From Rebecca billardiae RCC1528 (taxonomy: Eukaryota; Protista; Haptophyta), in NCBI GenBank assembly GCA_965240325.2, contig OZ251223.1, positions 620,001 to 684,000 on the forward strand: a stretch of 64,000 bases of DNA, in the 5' to 3' direction. Numbering within the stretch: position 1 is the stretch's first letter; each line of letters begins with the position of its first letter. Under the pieces are notes generated by a model. The model was given only the letters and a program-made list of their open reading frames with translations. It ran no database searches and was not told the DNA's origin. The position numbers were made by a program, and so were the translations under genes. This document shows positions 23,184 through 35,553 of the stretch, piece by piece.

Positions 23184-25060
23184 ATGCCGCCCCCGCCACA
23201 GCCGCACGCGAGTGCGGGCGCGGGTGGCCAGCCGTCGCCCACGGCAAAGGTGCCCGCGCGTTACATCATCCGCAACGGCCTCCTCATCGACCGCTCCGCG
23301 AGCCGGCAGGGCGACGCGAAGCGAATCCCCATCTCACACCGGAGCGACGGGCCGTCCCCGGGCGGCGGCGCGCGGCGGCTGTCGCCGCTGCACTCGCCGT
23401 CGGATGAGCAGGCGTCGAGCATCTCGGTGGGTAGCACGCACATGGCCGTCGAGCGCTCCGCCGTCGTGCCGACCGCGCTCCCAGTCTCCGAGCTCCCGGA
23501 TGAGTTTCACATTTATTCAGCGCACAGGGAGGGCCGCGCGTTCAACCTGACGAGCGCGGCGGCGGCGCTGAGCGGCCAGCCCGTGGGCTCGCCGCCGCCG
23601 GATGGCGTGCCCCGATACCGCATCTTCCCGTCGATGAACCCGTCCTCCCGGCAGGAGGCCATCCTACTGAACGACGTGCTGGAGAAGATGCTCGGGCGCT
23701 CCAACTCGTCGTGGGAGCAGCAGTTCCACGTGTACGACCTCGTGCTCTCGGAGGTGGTGCGGCAGGTGTGGGTGAACTGCTCGGAGCGGGGCGAGCTGCT
23801 GGGCAAGATCCGCCGCGCGTACGCGCGCACCGTGCGCGCCGCCGCGCAGCGGATCAACCAGCTTGAGGGCGCGGTGCGCTCTCTGCGCGAGGAGCTTGCA
23901 ATGACCGACCTGGCGGCGGCGCAGCGGATTGCCGCGTCGCAGGCGCTCACGCTCGACCAGCAGCACGAGGCGCGGAAGACGGCGCTGCTCACGCGGATGC
24001 GCGCGCAGTACCGCCACGCGATGCAGGGGCTGCACCACGGGATCGACGCCTTCACTCGCCTCTCAGACGGCGACCGCGTGCGGCTCATGCACGTGCTCGC
24101 GTGCACCAAGCTCGAGCGATACCAGGCGGCCATCCTCGTGCAGGCGCTGCTCGAGACGCTGCCGCCCGCGGAGGCGACGCGCGCCGTGCGCGACTACATC
24201 GACGAGGTGCGTGCGCGCCCGCGGCGCGACGCCCGCCTCGGCACGGCTCTCTCTCTCACAGGCAGCAGTCGCTTGCGCACCGCACGCGCTCAAGGCGCGC
24301 GCACCCTCGCGTTCACGCGTGTGCGCCTTGTGCCTGTGCCTCCGGCGCACCCTCCGGAATCGCGCGGCTCGACCGGGCATGCCCCGCGCGGCGATCACGC
24401 GCGCGCTGCTCGCGCGGATCGAGCAGAGCGTCTCCTCGCTCGACGTGGTCAAGCTCTGCCTCCCGCCGAAGCTCCACCAGCCAGTGCTGACATCGCTGGT
24501 AGCCATGCTGATTGGCGCGGAGCCTCGCGCCGACGGCCCCTCGGCCCGGCAGAAGGACTCGCAGGGGCAGCCGGATTCCCATGGGGCCCTCGAGCACGAG
24601 CCGCCGATCCGGCTGCACCTCGAGGAGGTGCTGGCGCAGTGCGAGGCGCACACGCCCGGTATGCGCGCGAGCCCGGAGGGGGCGCGCCCGCCAGTGCGTG
24701 TGTGCGTGCGCGGGAGGGGAGCGTGTGAGCATGCGCGGGAGCGTGTGTGCGTGCGTTGGCGCGTGTCGCGGCGCGCTCCGCACACACCGGGCGGCACAGC
24801 CAAGCGCAAGGGCGCAGCCACGCCGCGCGCGCGCGCGCGCTGCGTCACACGTGCTGCACGGCGAGCTGCGCGCGCGCCCGCTCTCACGCCCCGCGCCGCG
24901 CCCGCCCGTGTGCACCACCGCGCCGCCGCGCGCGCGGGCGCACCCGCTGCACGCAGGCAGCAGCAGCACCCACCTCGCTGCCGTCGTCCGCATGCTCGAC
25001 AGGCCGACCCGCGAGGCCATCGTGGCGAGAATGGGCGAGCTCACGACCGAGTACCTGGAT

Positions 25061-25092
<32 letters not shown>

Positions 25093-26404
25093 CGTCGCGG
25101 CGGGCGCGCCCGCGGCCCAGGGCGGCCCCGACTCGCCCTCCGGCGGCGCGCCGAGCGCCGCCGCGCCCGCCGCTTCCGAGCAGCCCTTCTCAGAGTTCGA
25201 CGATTTCGACTCCGCGTCGGCGCCGGCGGCCGCGCCCGCGGGCGCGGCCGACGTCGACGTGTCGGGTCGGCCGCGCCGGCTGCTGCACTCCATCGGCGCG
25301 TTCGCGCAGTCCGGCATGCTCAACGTGAAGGGGAAGACCGTCGACGAGATCGCCGACGGCGTACTCCGCACCGGCGCGATCCTCACGCTCGAGCAGACGC
25401 TGCGCGCGTGCGGCGAGATGCTGATTGCGCGGCAGGAGGCCAACCGCGCCGACGACCGCTCGCACACGTCGCGCTCGAGCCTGTCCAACTTTGTGGACTA
25501 CTGGGCGTTCCAGATGCACGGCGTGCGCTCGAAGGCGCGCGAGTGGCTCGCCTCGCTCGCCGCGTCGATCCACCACCACGCCACGTACACGGACCACCCG
25601 CGCGTGCAGGTGGTCGCGCTCGCCCTCGGCGTCGGCGACTCTGTGCTGCTCAAGGCCGCGGACGAGGAGCTGGACGAGGAGGCGGTGTACTCCGAGCCGC
25701 CGCGCTTCCGAGCGCGGCTCTTCGGCTTCTTCCTGCACGTGCTCGAGGAGCTGCTCTCCACGCCGGAGCAGGTGCGCGCGTACTTTGGCACGACCGAGCC
25801 GGTGCACATCGCGTGCGACACGAAGCAGCACGGCGCGGCGACCGTCCAGATCGGCGCGGACGAGCAGGGCGTGGCCGTGGACGCGATGGAGGTGCTCGCG
25901 TCGCTCACCGAGCTCAACGAGCTGCACTTCGACGTCACCGAGTCGCTGATCGAGCGGATGCGGCCGAAGCTCGAGCCGATGCCGGTGGGCTCGGGCGCGT
26001 TCTCAGGCGTCTCGCTCCGGCTGGACGAAGTGCTCGCCGAAGTGCTCGCGCTGTACGCCGAGCTCGAGAACGAGCGGAAGGGGCGGCTGCAGATGCTCTT
26101 CAAGAAGCACGACGAGAACGGCGACGGCGTGCTCGACTTTGCCGAGTTCCGCTCGCTCGCGCTCGACTTCAACCCGCACTTTGCGCCGCGGGACGTCGCG
26201 GAGCTCTTCGTCGAGGTGCTTGACGAGTCGGAGACGCGGCGCACGCGAGGCATCGCCGAGACGAGCGACGGCACCGGCGACGACGCCGACTCGGAGGACG
26301 TCGTCTCGGCTGAGGCGTTTGCCGACGTGGTCGAGCGCTTCTCTGTGCGCATGTTCCTCGCCACCGGCGTCACGTCGGTCGGCGGGCCTCGGCTCGACAT
26401 GTGA
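23184..26404 (+). CDS. Axonemal dynein light-chain-domain (AXDND1/p28-like) protein with C-terminal EF-hand; introns 24207-~24261 (acceptor uncertain) and 24659-24956
   Basis: FPSMNPSSRQEAILL..ML..YDLVLSEVVRQVWVNCSERGELL; EF-hand DENGDGVLDFAEF. Confidence 0.7.
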
Positions 26405-26863
26405 GCGCGACGCATTGTCGGCTCCCTCGCCCACGGACTGCCACTCGCTCTCGTGACCTGATCTGTGTCTCTGCATGATCATGCGGATGATGATGATCTG
26501 CTCGTCAGCCCGCTCTGTGATGAGTCTGTGAATGTGGTGTACTACTACTAGCTGGTGTGTCCGTCCGCGCTACGACCGTGTAGACCAGTCACAGTGCTGA
26601 CACTCACTGAGTCACTGACACTGGGACTGGGTAACCGTGGAAGTAAAGGCCCGGGCCTTGTTATTCACGCGCTCAGATCTTCAAGTTCATGCATGGCGAG
26701 AGTCTCATCGGGTTATACGAATCAGGCTCAGCTACAGTAGGCACCGGCCGGCTGTCCGGTGAACTTGGTTAGGTCCGGTAGCACAGTCCGGCGCTCGGTG
26801 ATGGTTGGGCGCCGCGCGCCGGCCACTAGTAGGCACTAGCGGCGATATATAGAAAGAAAAGGT

Positions 26864-26882
26864 GACCGCGGAACTCGCGGTC
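26864..26882 (+). repeat. Degenerate solo 3' hairpin of the Helentron-like family
   Basis: GACCGCG-GAACT-CGCGGTC preceded by AAAAGGT. Confidence 0.55.
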
Positions 26883-26974
26883 ATAATCCGATTGATGAAC
26901 TACTGAATATATATCTAATGATTCCGCGCGTACGGCCGTACGGGCCCGTCGGAGCCGTGATCGGCGTGATCACA

Positions 26975-28551
26975 TCACAGGGTGAAGAGGTGGTCGGACT
27001 CGGGGCGCAGCAGGTCGACCTTCATGGGCGCGGCGACCTGCAGCCCCGACGCGTTCCGCTGGCCGCTGCTGTGGAACGGCACGCGCCCGACCTGGCCGCC
27101 GAAGCTGCGCACGCCCTTCACCCGCGGCTCGAGGAACGAGTCGACGTGGTGCGTGCCGTACGAGGACGTGCCGCCGCCGTACGACGCCGCACCGTACCCG
27201 CCAGCCGCCATGCTCGGCTCGGCCGAGGCGGATGGCGTGCTCGCGCGGCGCCGGTCCTCGCCGCGCATGCGCCGGCGCTCTGCGCTCTGCCGCGACTTGC
27301 TCAGCGGGCGCTGCCCATCGCCGCCCGCCGCCGCGCGCGAGAGCACCGCCACCGAGCGGTCCTCGAGAAGCTTCCCGGAAACTGCCGTCAGCCGGTCCGT
27401 CTGCTTGCTGAAGTGCGGCACGGATGAGGTCGCGCGCCGAATGATCGAGTCGTCGGCGTCGTAAAAGTCGGCGCCGCCCTGCGCGCCCGCGCCGTTGAGG
27501 AACTTGTTCATCGCCTGGTCCTCGAGCAGCTTCCCCACCACCGCCTGCTGCCGGCTGATCTGCTTGTCCCAGCCCACGCCCGACTTGACCGAACGCGGCC
27601 GCGTGAGCGCAATGCTCGCCGGCTTGGTCGCACGCCAGTGGTTGAGTGTCGTGCCGTTCGCGGCGAGGCGCGAGCCGGAGAGGCCGCTGTGGTCGCGGCC
27701 GACGGAGCGGCTCATGTCGACGTGCCCGACCGCCGGGCGCGGCCGGTGCGGCCCCGGCGTGTGCATCGTGTCGTTGACGATCCCGTCGTACGCGCCGTCG
27801 GGCCCCGCGCCCGCGCTCGCCTTCTTAGAAGTGGCGCCGCTGCTCAGCAGCTGGCGCATGGCCGTGTCCTGGAGCAGGTGGCCCTGGACGGCCTTGTTGC
27901 GCGGCAGCTGGCGCGAGATCCGCACGGCGTCGGTCGTCCGCGGGCGCACCACCCGCTCCGCGCTGCGCAGCCCCTCCGGGTCGGTCGTGGCGTCGGACCT
28001 CCCATCCAGCCGCATGCTGCTCGCCGCGAGCCGAGAGCCCGTGCTCGCAATCGGCACATCGCGCCCCATGTACTTGCTAAAGTGCATGGTGTGCGGCTCG
28101 AACGAGCCGGCCTTGACGTTCGGGTCGGGCACGTAGAACCGGTCCTCCGCCTGGTTCCCCGTGCCGTTCAGGAACTTGTTCATCGCCTGGTCCTCAAGCA
28201 GCTTGCCAATCACGCCCTGCTGACGGGTCGTCTGCTTCCCCCACGCGGGCGGCGTGACGGTGCGCCGCCGGATCTGGGCCTCGGCGGGCGGCGGGAGCGC
28301 CTCAAAGACGCTCACGGGCTGCCCCTCCGCCGCCAGGCGCGAGCCGATCCGCGCATCCTTGCCGAGCTGCGGGGGGGGGGGGACGCGGGGTGGTGGTGGT
28401 GGTGGTGAGCCGACGCATCCCGGGCGCGCCCGAGGGCTCGGCAGCGGCATCGCCGCGGGAGCGGGGGTGAGTCACGGGCATCAGGCTCGGCCCGCCTTGG
28501 CGACGCTCGCCCTCATGAAGCAGCGCACACCTGCTGCGAGAACTTGGGCAT
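26975..28551 (-). CDS. Uncharacterised internally repeated protein; exons 28551-28531 and 28366-26975
   Basis: Micro-exon MPKFSQQ splices to LGKDARIGSRLAA and completes a repeat; GSRLAA x3 and (K/H)LL(E/Q)D x4. Confidence 0.7.
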
Positions 28552-28737
28552 ACTGCTGCACCGCCCCCAGGGACCACGCTGTAGGCGCGCTGCCTGGGTC
28601 GGCCGTGATGTGCTTGATCGCCCAAAGCCGATGATGAAACGATCGGAAACGACACCAGCAGCTGCAAACGAAGCGCACGCGGTGCCGCCGTCCGGACCGA
28701 CGTCAGTCGTCCCAACCCCTCGGTCGTCGAGGGCGTG

Positions 28738-30417
28738 ATGACGGCGCGCGCCGGCATGCTCGTGCTGGCGCTGCTAGTGGTCCAGCACACGCCGAGCTGT
28801 GTCTGCTTCGCATCCGGCGGCATGCTCTATCGGCCCAGCCTTCCCACGCTCCCCCTGGGGCGCAGCGGTACAGCACCAGTCGCCGCGGCGCGCACAGCCT
28901 ATTGGACGCGCCGGGCGCCGACGTCGATGAGCACAGACGGCTTGAACTCGACGCACGTGCCGCAAGCGCCGACCCTGCGCGCGCTCGTCAGCTTTGTCGG
29001 CCCATGCCTCGGCTCGGCGCTCACGTCCGAGGTCATGAGCCTCGTCGACACGGCCGTGGTGGGCCGGATGTCTGTGACGGCGCTCGCATCCCTCGCTCCG
29101 GCCGTGCTGGTCGCGGACACGTCCGCGTTCACCTTCTACTTCCTCACGATAGCAACCACGTCTCTGGTCGCAGGCGCTCTCGCGCGTGACGACAGCCGCG
29201 GCGCGTTCGACGCCGTCGCGTCCTCCCTCGCGCTCGCGCTCGCGCTCGGCCTGGGCACGGCGCTCGTGCTCGCCGTGTCGTCGCGCGCGGTGCTCACCCT
29301 CGCCCTCGGCCAGGCAGCGACGCCGGCGATCCTGGCGGACGCGCTGGGCTACCTGCGCGTCCGTCTGATCGGCCTGCCGCTCACGCTGTGCACCATGGTG
29401 ATGCAGGCGGCGCTGCAGGGCATGCGCGATCCGCTCTCGCCGCTGCTCGCAATCGTCGGCGGCGGCAGCCTCAACTTTGCGCTCGACATGCTCCTCTGCT
29501 TCGGGCTGCGGATGGGCGTGGTCGGCGCGGCGATCGCGACGGTCGCGTCGCAGTTCGTGCAGACCGCCGTGCTCCTGCTCGCCCTGCTCCGCCAGCGCCG
29601 CCGCCTCTGCCCGGAGCGTACCGGGCTGCTCGCCGCCTGGCCGGCGCCACGCGTCCTCCGCCGCTATCTCAATTATGCCGGCCCCATCTTCTTCGTGATC
29701 CAGGGGAAGATCCTGTGCTACAACTCGATGACGCTCGCGGTGACCGCGTCGGGCGTCACCGCGCTCGCCGCGCACCAGGTCGCCGCGACGATCTTCTTCA
29801 CCGCGTGCCGGCTGGGCGACGCCCTCTCCCAGACGGTTCAGGCGTTCCTGCCCGCCTCGCTCACGTGGAAGGGGCGCGTCACGCCGGCGACCAAGCAGCT
29901 CGCCAAGCGAGCGGTCGTGGCGTCCGTGTGCGCCGGGCTGGTGGGCGCGTCGCTGGCATGCGCGGCGGCTACCGTCGGCGCGCGCCTCTTCACCGCCGAC
30001 GCGGCCGTCCTCGCGGGCATGGCCTCCGTCGCGCCGCTGCTCTGGGCGAGCCTCGCCCTGCACACGCCGACGATGGTCGGTGAGGGCGTGCTGCTCGCGA
30101 TGCGCGACTTGAACTACCTTGTCGGCGGGTACGCCGTCAACATCTTCACGTTCGTGAGCGGCCTGCTGCTGGTGAAGCAGCGCGCGCTGGGCATCCGCGC
30201 CGTGTGGGCCGCGCTCTTCTGCTTCCAGGGTGTGCGATTCGCGCAGTTCTACCTGCGCGCGGTTGCGCTCGGAGCGGTGCCCTCCGGCCCGAGGGCGTGG
30301 AGGGCTGCGACAAAGATGGATGATGACTCTGATGACAGTGACGCCTCCTCCGAGGACGGATCGTCGTCGTCCGACGCGGATGAGCCGGTGCACCCGCTCG
30401 CGCCAGCTCCCCAGTGA
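28738..30417 (+). CDS. MATE (DinF/DTX-like) transporter, probably plastid-targeted
   Basis: SLVDTAVVG, YLRVR, GMRDP..PL, GVVGAAIAT, LAAHQV; many TM helices; bipartite-like N-terminus. Confidence 0.9.
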   Translation: MTARAGMLVLALLVVQHTPSCVCFASGGMLYRPSLPTLPLGRSGTAPVAAARTAYWTRRAPTSMSTDGLNSTHVPQAPTLRALVSFVGPCLGSALTSEVMSLVDTAVVGRMSVTALASLAPAVLVADTSAFTFYFLTIATTSLVAGALARDDSRGAFDAVASSLALALALGLGTALVLAVSSRAVLTLALGQAATPAILADALGYLRVRLIGLPLTLCTMVMQAALQGMRDPLSPLLAIVGGGSLNFALDMLLCFGLRMGVVGAAIATVASQFVQTAVLLLALLRQRRRLCPERTGLLAAWPAPRVLRRYLNYAGPIFFVIQGKILCYNSMTLAVTASGVTALAAHQVAATIFFTACRLGDALSQTVQAFLPASLTWKGRVTPATKQLAKRAVVASVCAGLVGASLACAAATVGARLFTADAAVLAGMASVAPLLWASLALHTPTMVGEGVLLAMRDLNYLVGGYAVNIFTFVSGLLLVKQRALGIRAVWAALFCFQGVRFAQFYLRAVALGAVPSGPRAWRAATKMDDDSDDSDASSEDGSSSSDADEPVHPLAPAPQ

Positions 30418-30574
30418 CAGAATTGGCCGGCGGGTGGACGACGACTCGCTGTCATCGCAACGGTGAACGGATCCGGCCCCGACGTGACTGAGCCGGCCTA
30501 GCTCATACTACTGTAGCTGACAATGGCGGTGAGAGTGTGACTACGGCCCAGCAGACGGGCCATCGGCATCATCG

Positions 30575-30770
30575 GGTCTCTATCTCTCTCGTCTCTCTGA
30601 CAGTGACTCTCTCTCTCTCACTCTCTCTCTCTCTCTCGGCTCTCGATCTCTCACTCTCTCTGATCTCTCTCTGATCTCTCTCTCCTCGATCTCTCTCTCT
30701 CTCGATACCCACTCGATAGTCGATCTCTGCTCTCTCTCTAGCTCCGAGATCTCTGTCTCTCTCTCAGGCT
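30575..30770. repeat. Degenerate (CT)n microsatellite
   Basis: Directly visible. Confidence 0.85.
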
Positions 30771-31385
30771 CCGGCTTCGGTCCACCCCGCCCCCAGTCCG
30801 GTCACTGGAGCGTTACATCTTGACCGACTGCATTATCGGCGGGATCGCCGCCGCCTCTCGGATGATCTACGATACAGTAGCTCCTAGACCACCCCAGGCG
30901 GTCCCTTGGACGACATTACGGCGCCAGATCGGCAGATGGATCATCAGCCACACCTCCAATTACCAATAGGTTCATGCAGACTCTATTTTCTATATAACTA
31001 AATACCCAGCCCGGGTACCATTTTCGCATATGTATACAGGTGTCCGGAACGCTCCCGGATTGTGCTGAAATATGACTAAGGGACGGGTAATTACATAGTA
31101 AAAATAGAGTCTGAACCTATTGGGCGGAGGTGGTCGCCCGGTCGTCGGATGATATGCGACATTTCTCGTTGAAGTCATCAATCGGAGTTCGCGGAAGGGA
31201 GTAACAGTAAGGGACTCTGCTGCACTGTGGACTGTGGTCAGTCCGCTTGCTGGTTGACTTCGGCCGGACTCTGCGGGCCAAGACGTAACGGAGCTGGCGG
31301 GGGGGGTGGACCGGAGCCGGAGCCCTCATGGTTTCTCTACTCTCGTCTAGACTCCAGCAGCATCGGCAGAATCACATCACAGCTA

Positions 31386-31633
31386 TCAGTCATCAGATTC
31401 GCGTCGCTGCGAACGGCGCTGGCTGCCTGCCGCGGCGGCCACGACCTGGCGCACGGCCTCCTCCGTGGCGCTCACAAACTCCTCCAGGGACTCGACCTCT
31501 GTCAGACCGCCAGGCGTGAGCCGCAACGTGCGCGTCAGCTGCAGCGTGGCGAGGAAGTCGCGGCTGTGCGACACGACGACAACCGTGCCCTTGTAGTCGT
31601 TCAACGTCGAGGCCACCTCGCTCACAGCTTCGT

Positions 31634-31665
<32 letters not shown>

Positions 31666-32552
31666 AGGGCATTCACCTGGCGCAAGGAGAAGATGGCCAG
31701 CAGCGTGCGCGCGCGCGCGCCAGGGTTGAGCTGCCCGATGCTCCAGTCGACCTGTTGGCGCGTCAGCCCGTACTGAATCAGCCGCACGCCCGCTTCGAAC
31801 GGTGGCATGCCCGTGAGCGCCGCCACGTGCGAGCGCGGCGTCTCCTCGCGCGGCAGCGTCTCGTGCTCCTGCGTGAGGTTGCCGACGCGCAGCTCGCGAC
31901 CGACGTGCACGCTCCCCTCGATCGGCTCGATCGCGCCCGTCAGCGTCTTGAGTAGCGTGCTCTTGCCGACGCCGTTGAAGCCCACAATGGCCACGCGCTC
32001 GCCAAAGTCGATGCGCAGCGACAGCGGCGTCAGCGGCAGCGCGCGGCCGTCCCAGCCGAGCACGGCGTCGCCGAGCGTGATGGACGAGTCGACGCCGCGC
32101 TTCACGTCAGGCAGGATGATGCGTAGCGGCGCGCGGTCGACGACGCGCTCGACCGTCGGCTCGGCGTCGCGTCGCGTCTCGATGGCCTTCGCCTTCCGGC
32201 CCGAGCGGCCCGCTCGATCGCGCTTGAAGTCGCGCTGCAGAAGGTCATGGTCGCGCGACTGGTGCTGCGCGCCCTTCTCCGAGGCGGCGCGCAGCTTCTC
32301 GGCGACGCCGCTCAGCTGCCTGTGCCGGTCCTGCTGCTGCTCGTACGCGGCGCGCTGCTTCTCGCGCGCCACCTCCTTGGCGTGCACGTACGCACTGAAC
32401 TGCGCACCCGAGACCGTGAGCGAGTGCCTGCTGGCGTCCACGTCCCAGATGTGGTCCGCGACCGCGTCGAGAAACGCGTGGTCGTGGCTCACCATGACAA
32501 CCGCCTTCCCGCTCGCGAGAATGGTCTGCTGCAGCCAGAGGATGCTCGGGAT

Positions 32553-32587
<35 letters not shown>

Positions 32588-33125
32588 GCTTCACATCGAC
32601 GCGGTGCAGGGCAACGGCCAGGTACGCGCGCACCGCGCAGCCGGGCGAGAGCTGGCCGAGCGGGGTGCGGTCGTAGGCGGCAGTACTCCAGCCGAGTGCG
32701 CTGTGAGCCGCGACGCTCAGTCTACGCCACGTGTCGATGTCCTCGACGGCACTGTCGTCGCCTGAAGCGGCTGCCATGTCGAGAGCCTCGGGCAGTGTCA
32801 TCGTACGCAACTCCTCCTCAGAGCACTCGGCTGTGGGCAGCAGCTGCGCCCACTGCAGGTCGTCCTGCTCGACGAGAAGCGTGGCTCCTTCCGGCCAGTC
32901 CGCAGCGCTCACCTGCCCCGCGATGTGGCCACCGCCGACGAGGAAGTACTCGGTGGCACCGGGACCCGGTCGGCCGAGCGCGCGAAGGAGCGTCGACTTT
33001 CCACACCCGTTCGGGCCAACGAGCGCGATGCGCTGCCCTTCGATGATCTGGGCGGAGACGCCGTCAAGGAGCAGGTTGGCTCCAACGGAGAGCGTGTAGT
33101 TCGAGAGCTGGATGAGCGGTGCCAT
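31386..33125 (-). CDS. ABC-F family ATPase (two NBDs, no TM), intronless
   Basis: GPNGCGKST and GFNGVGKST; two LDEPTNHLD; VSHD/VSHS; coiled linker. Confidence 0.92.
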
Positions 33126-33397
33126 CCTCCGGCGACGGCCGGCGGCCGCCGACGGGTAGACGGTCGGCGTCTCTACTCGGGGCCGGGGTTGGGCAAGGGA
33201 GGTGGTTGGGCGATAGACGGCGCGCCGTCGTCCAGCGGCCCGGATTCCTCCCGTCCGGTCCAGCCTGCGGAAGTCGCATCTTGGTCCGGGACCCGCGCCG
33301 GCGCCGCCGCCGCCCGGACACGAGCGCGCTCGCAGCAGGGTGTTATTAGTGCGCCATCCCTGACTTGCGACGGTTGCTGTTCTGTCGCGCTCGAGCG

Positions 33398-34339
33398 ATG
33401 AGCAGCAAGCTCGGGCTGCTCCTGACGTCCTACCTCGCCGGCGGCCAGAGTGCGGCCGAGAACGCCTCGTCGTACTTTGACTTGCCGACGTACATGATCA
33501 GCCTCCGCGCGAACTCGTACAACCGGCGCGTGATGGCAACAAAGCGCGCAAAGGAGGCGGGTGTTCGGCACATGGAGTTTGTGGACGCCGTGGACTACCA
33601 CGACACGCCGACGATGCGGTACTGGCTCGAAGGGCGCAACTTCTCGCACTTCAACTGCCCGCAGTGGCGCCATGGGCTGCTCGAGAAGAAGGTCGCCGTG
33701 TGGGCGTCGCACATGGTCGTGCTCGAGAAGATGGCGAAGCTGAGCACGCCCTCGCTCATGCTCGAGGAGGACATCGTGTACATGCCCGAGCCAAAGTCGT
33801 TCGCGCCGATCGCGAACCGGGTGCTCGAGTTCCTCCCGGACACCCACCTCTTCGAGTGGGACCTCGTCTTCTTCGGCAGCTGCGTGGAGGAGCTGCACAG
33901 GGTGACGCGCTGCCGGGAGGTCCGCTCGCACGGGCGCACGCGCGGCAACCGCCTGTGGCTGTCTCGCGCCTTCGCGCCGACGTGTGCGCACGGCCTGCTC
34001 TTCAGCCCGCGCGGCGCCGCGAAGCTGAAGCGCATGATGAGCGGCTGGGGCCCCATCTACCACGAGCGCAGCCTCAAGTTCACGAGCGCGCAGCCGCGCG
34101 TGTGCACTGACGAGGCGGTGCTCCAGCACCAGCGCAGGGGCGCGGGCAAGGCGGCGTTCCGCGAGCTCTACGCGGGCGACGACCAGGTGATCCGCACGGG
34201 CATCCTTGATGGGCAGGTGTACGCCTACGAGGTGTGGCCGATGCTCACAGAGCAGCTGCCGCGGCTCAAGATGGCGGCGTTCTCGTACGACCACAAAATA
34301 CCGCACGCGTGCAAGGCGGGGCAGCTGGTCGGACGGTGA
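33398..34339 (+). CDS. Glycosyltransferase family 25-like protein
   Basis: YMISL....RR, FVDAVD, SH, LMLEEDI, WDLVFFG, AHGLLFSPRGAAKL. Confidence 0.75.
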   Translation: MSSKLGLLLTSYLAGGQSAAENASSYFDLPTYMISLRANSYNRRVMATKRAKEAGVRHMEFVDAVDYHDTPTMRYWLEGRNFSHFNCPQWRHGLLEKKVAVWASHMVVLEKMAKLSTPSLMLEEDIVYMPEPKSFAPIANRVLEFLPDTHLFEWDLVFFGSCVEELHRVTRCREVRSHGRTRGNRLWLSRAFAPTCAHGLLFSPRGAAKLKRMMSGWGPIYHERSLKFTSAQPRVCTDEAVLQHQRRGAGKAAFRELYAGDDQVIRTGILDGQVYAYEVWPMLTEQLPRLKMAAFSYDHKIPHACKAGQLVGR

Positions 34340-34821
34340 CGAACCCGAACGTGCGCCGTGCTGAGGCGGCGTTGTACGGGGCCGCCAACAGTGCCCTGGC
34401 ATCAAGCATGGCCTGTACCATGAGACTCTGGCTGCGGTCCACGAGTGCTGACAACCGAGCCACAGCGTGGCGCGCGCGCGCACCCACGGGGCCCACAAAC
34501 ATCTGACGCCGCCGCCGCCGCCGCCGTGCCGTGATCCGGCCGAGTCCTGACGCTCGCCATTGCCGGCTGATGCCGGCAATGCGAGCGGCCGAGCACGCGG
34601 GGTCCGGGTGCAGACTCAGCAGTGTAGGCTACTGACTGCTGGCTAGTAGTATCCGTAGTATTAAGACTATGGAATAGGGGTCGGGTCGTCCTCGTCGGGA
34701 CCGGAGCCGGCCTCATCGCGAATCGTCGATCGATTCGTGACGTCCAGAGGCCGCGGACGTGGTCCGCCTGCGCGCCACCACACTTCGAGCAACGCCGGGG
34801 CGCGGGCGTAACCCCGCGCTC

Positions 34822-35469
34822 ATGCGGAGCGTTGGGCTCCTCATCTCGATGCTCGCCTGTGTGGCGTCGGGCCTCAGGGTGAGCCCGGCACTCACCGCGC
34901 GGCGCGCGATTCGCATGATGTCTGGGCCAGACGATGACCTGCCGGCCATCTCGCAGGTGATGGGCACCGTGATCGAGAAGGGGTTTTCCGAAGGCAAGCG
35001 CGTCAAGTACGGCGTGTTCACAGAGTCCGTGGATCCGTCGAGCGTCCCCGCCGAGGAGGAGCAGCGCAAGCGCCGCGAGGATGCGGCCCGTGACCTTGTC
35101 AACATTGACATGCAGGAGCGTCAGCGCCGCACGGCCGTGGGCACGGCCGGCAGCGTGCTCACCGCCGCGCTAGGCGTCGGCCTACTCGCTGCGCATGCCC
35201 CTGTCGCCACGCGCTTTGCGATCGCGTTCCCGCTCTTCCTCTCCTACGGCTTTCTCGAGTCCGGGCGCACTGGGCTGTGAAACATCGGCCAGGCGAGCTA
35301 CTGGGACGTCGATGGCACTGGGATCCAGCGCATCACGGACTCGAAGCTCGCTAGAGCGCTCCTCGACAAGGTGAACAGCTTCAACGCGCAGACAGCGCGC
35401 AGGGTCGCCGTCCTCACTCTTGCGTACGTCATTCTCCCTGAGCTTCTCGCTCGGGCGGGCCTGTACTAG
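34822..35469 (+). CDS. Putative membrane selenoprotein (215 aa, Sec153 encoded by TGA 35278-35280), probably plastid-targeted
   Basis: Frame continues 62 coding-like codons past the TGA to TAG 35467-35469; SECIS in the 3'UTR; signal+transit peptide; 3 hydrophobic segments. Confidence 0.82.
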
Positions 35470-35553
35470 TACTACCAGATGGCCATGGCAGTATGGCAGC
35501 GATGCGACGGCCCACACACTGACAGTGGGGCCCTCGCGATCATGCCAAGGAGC

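Noticed and set aside
30780-31200. Possible truncated LINE 3' end or TE terminus after the CT tract
   Set aside because: Single copy in the window with no diagnostic motif
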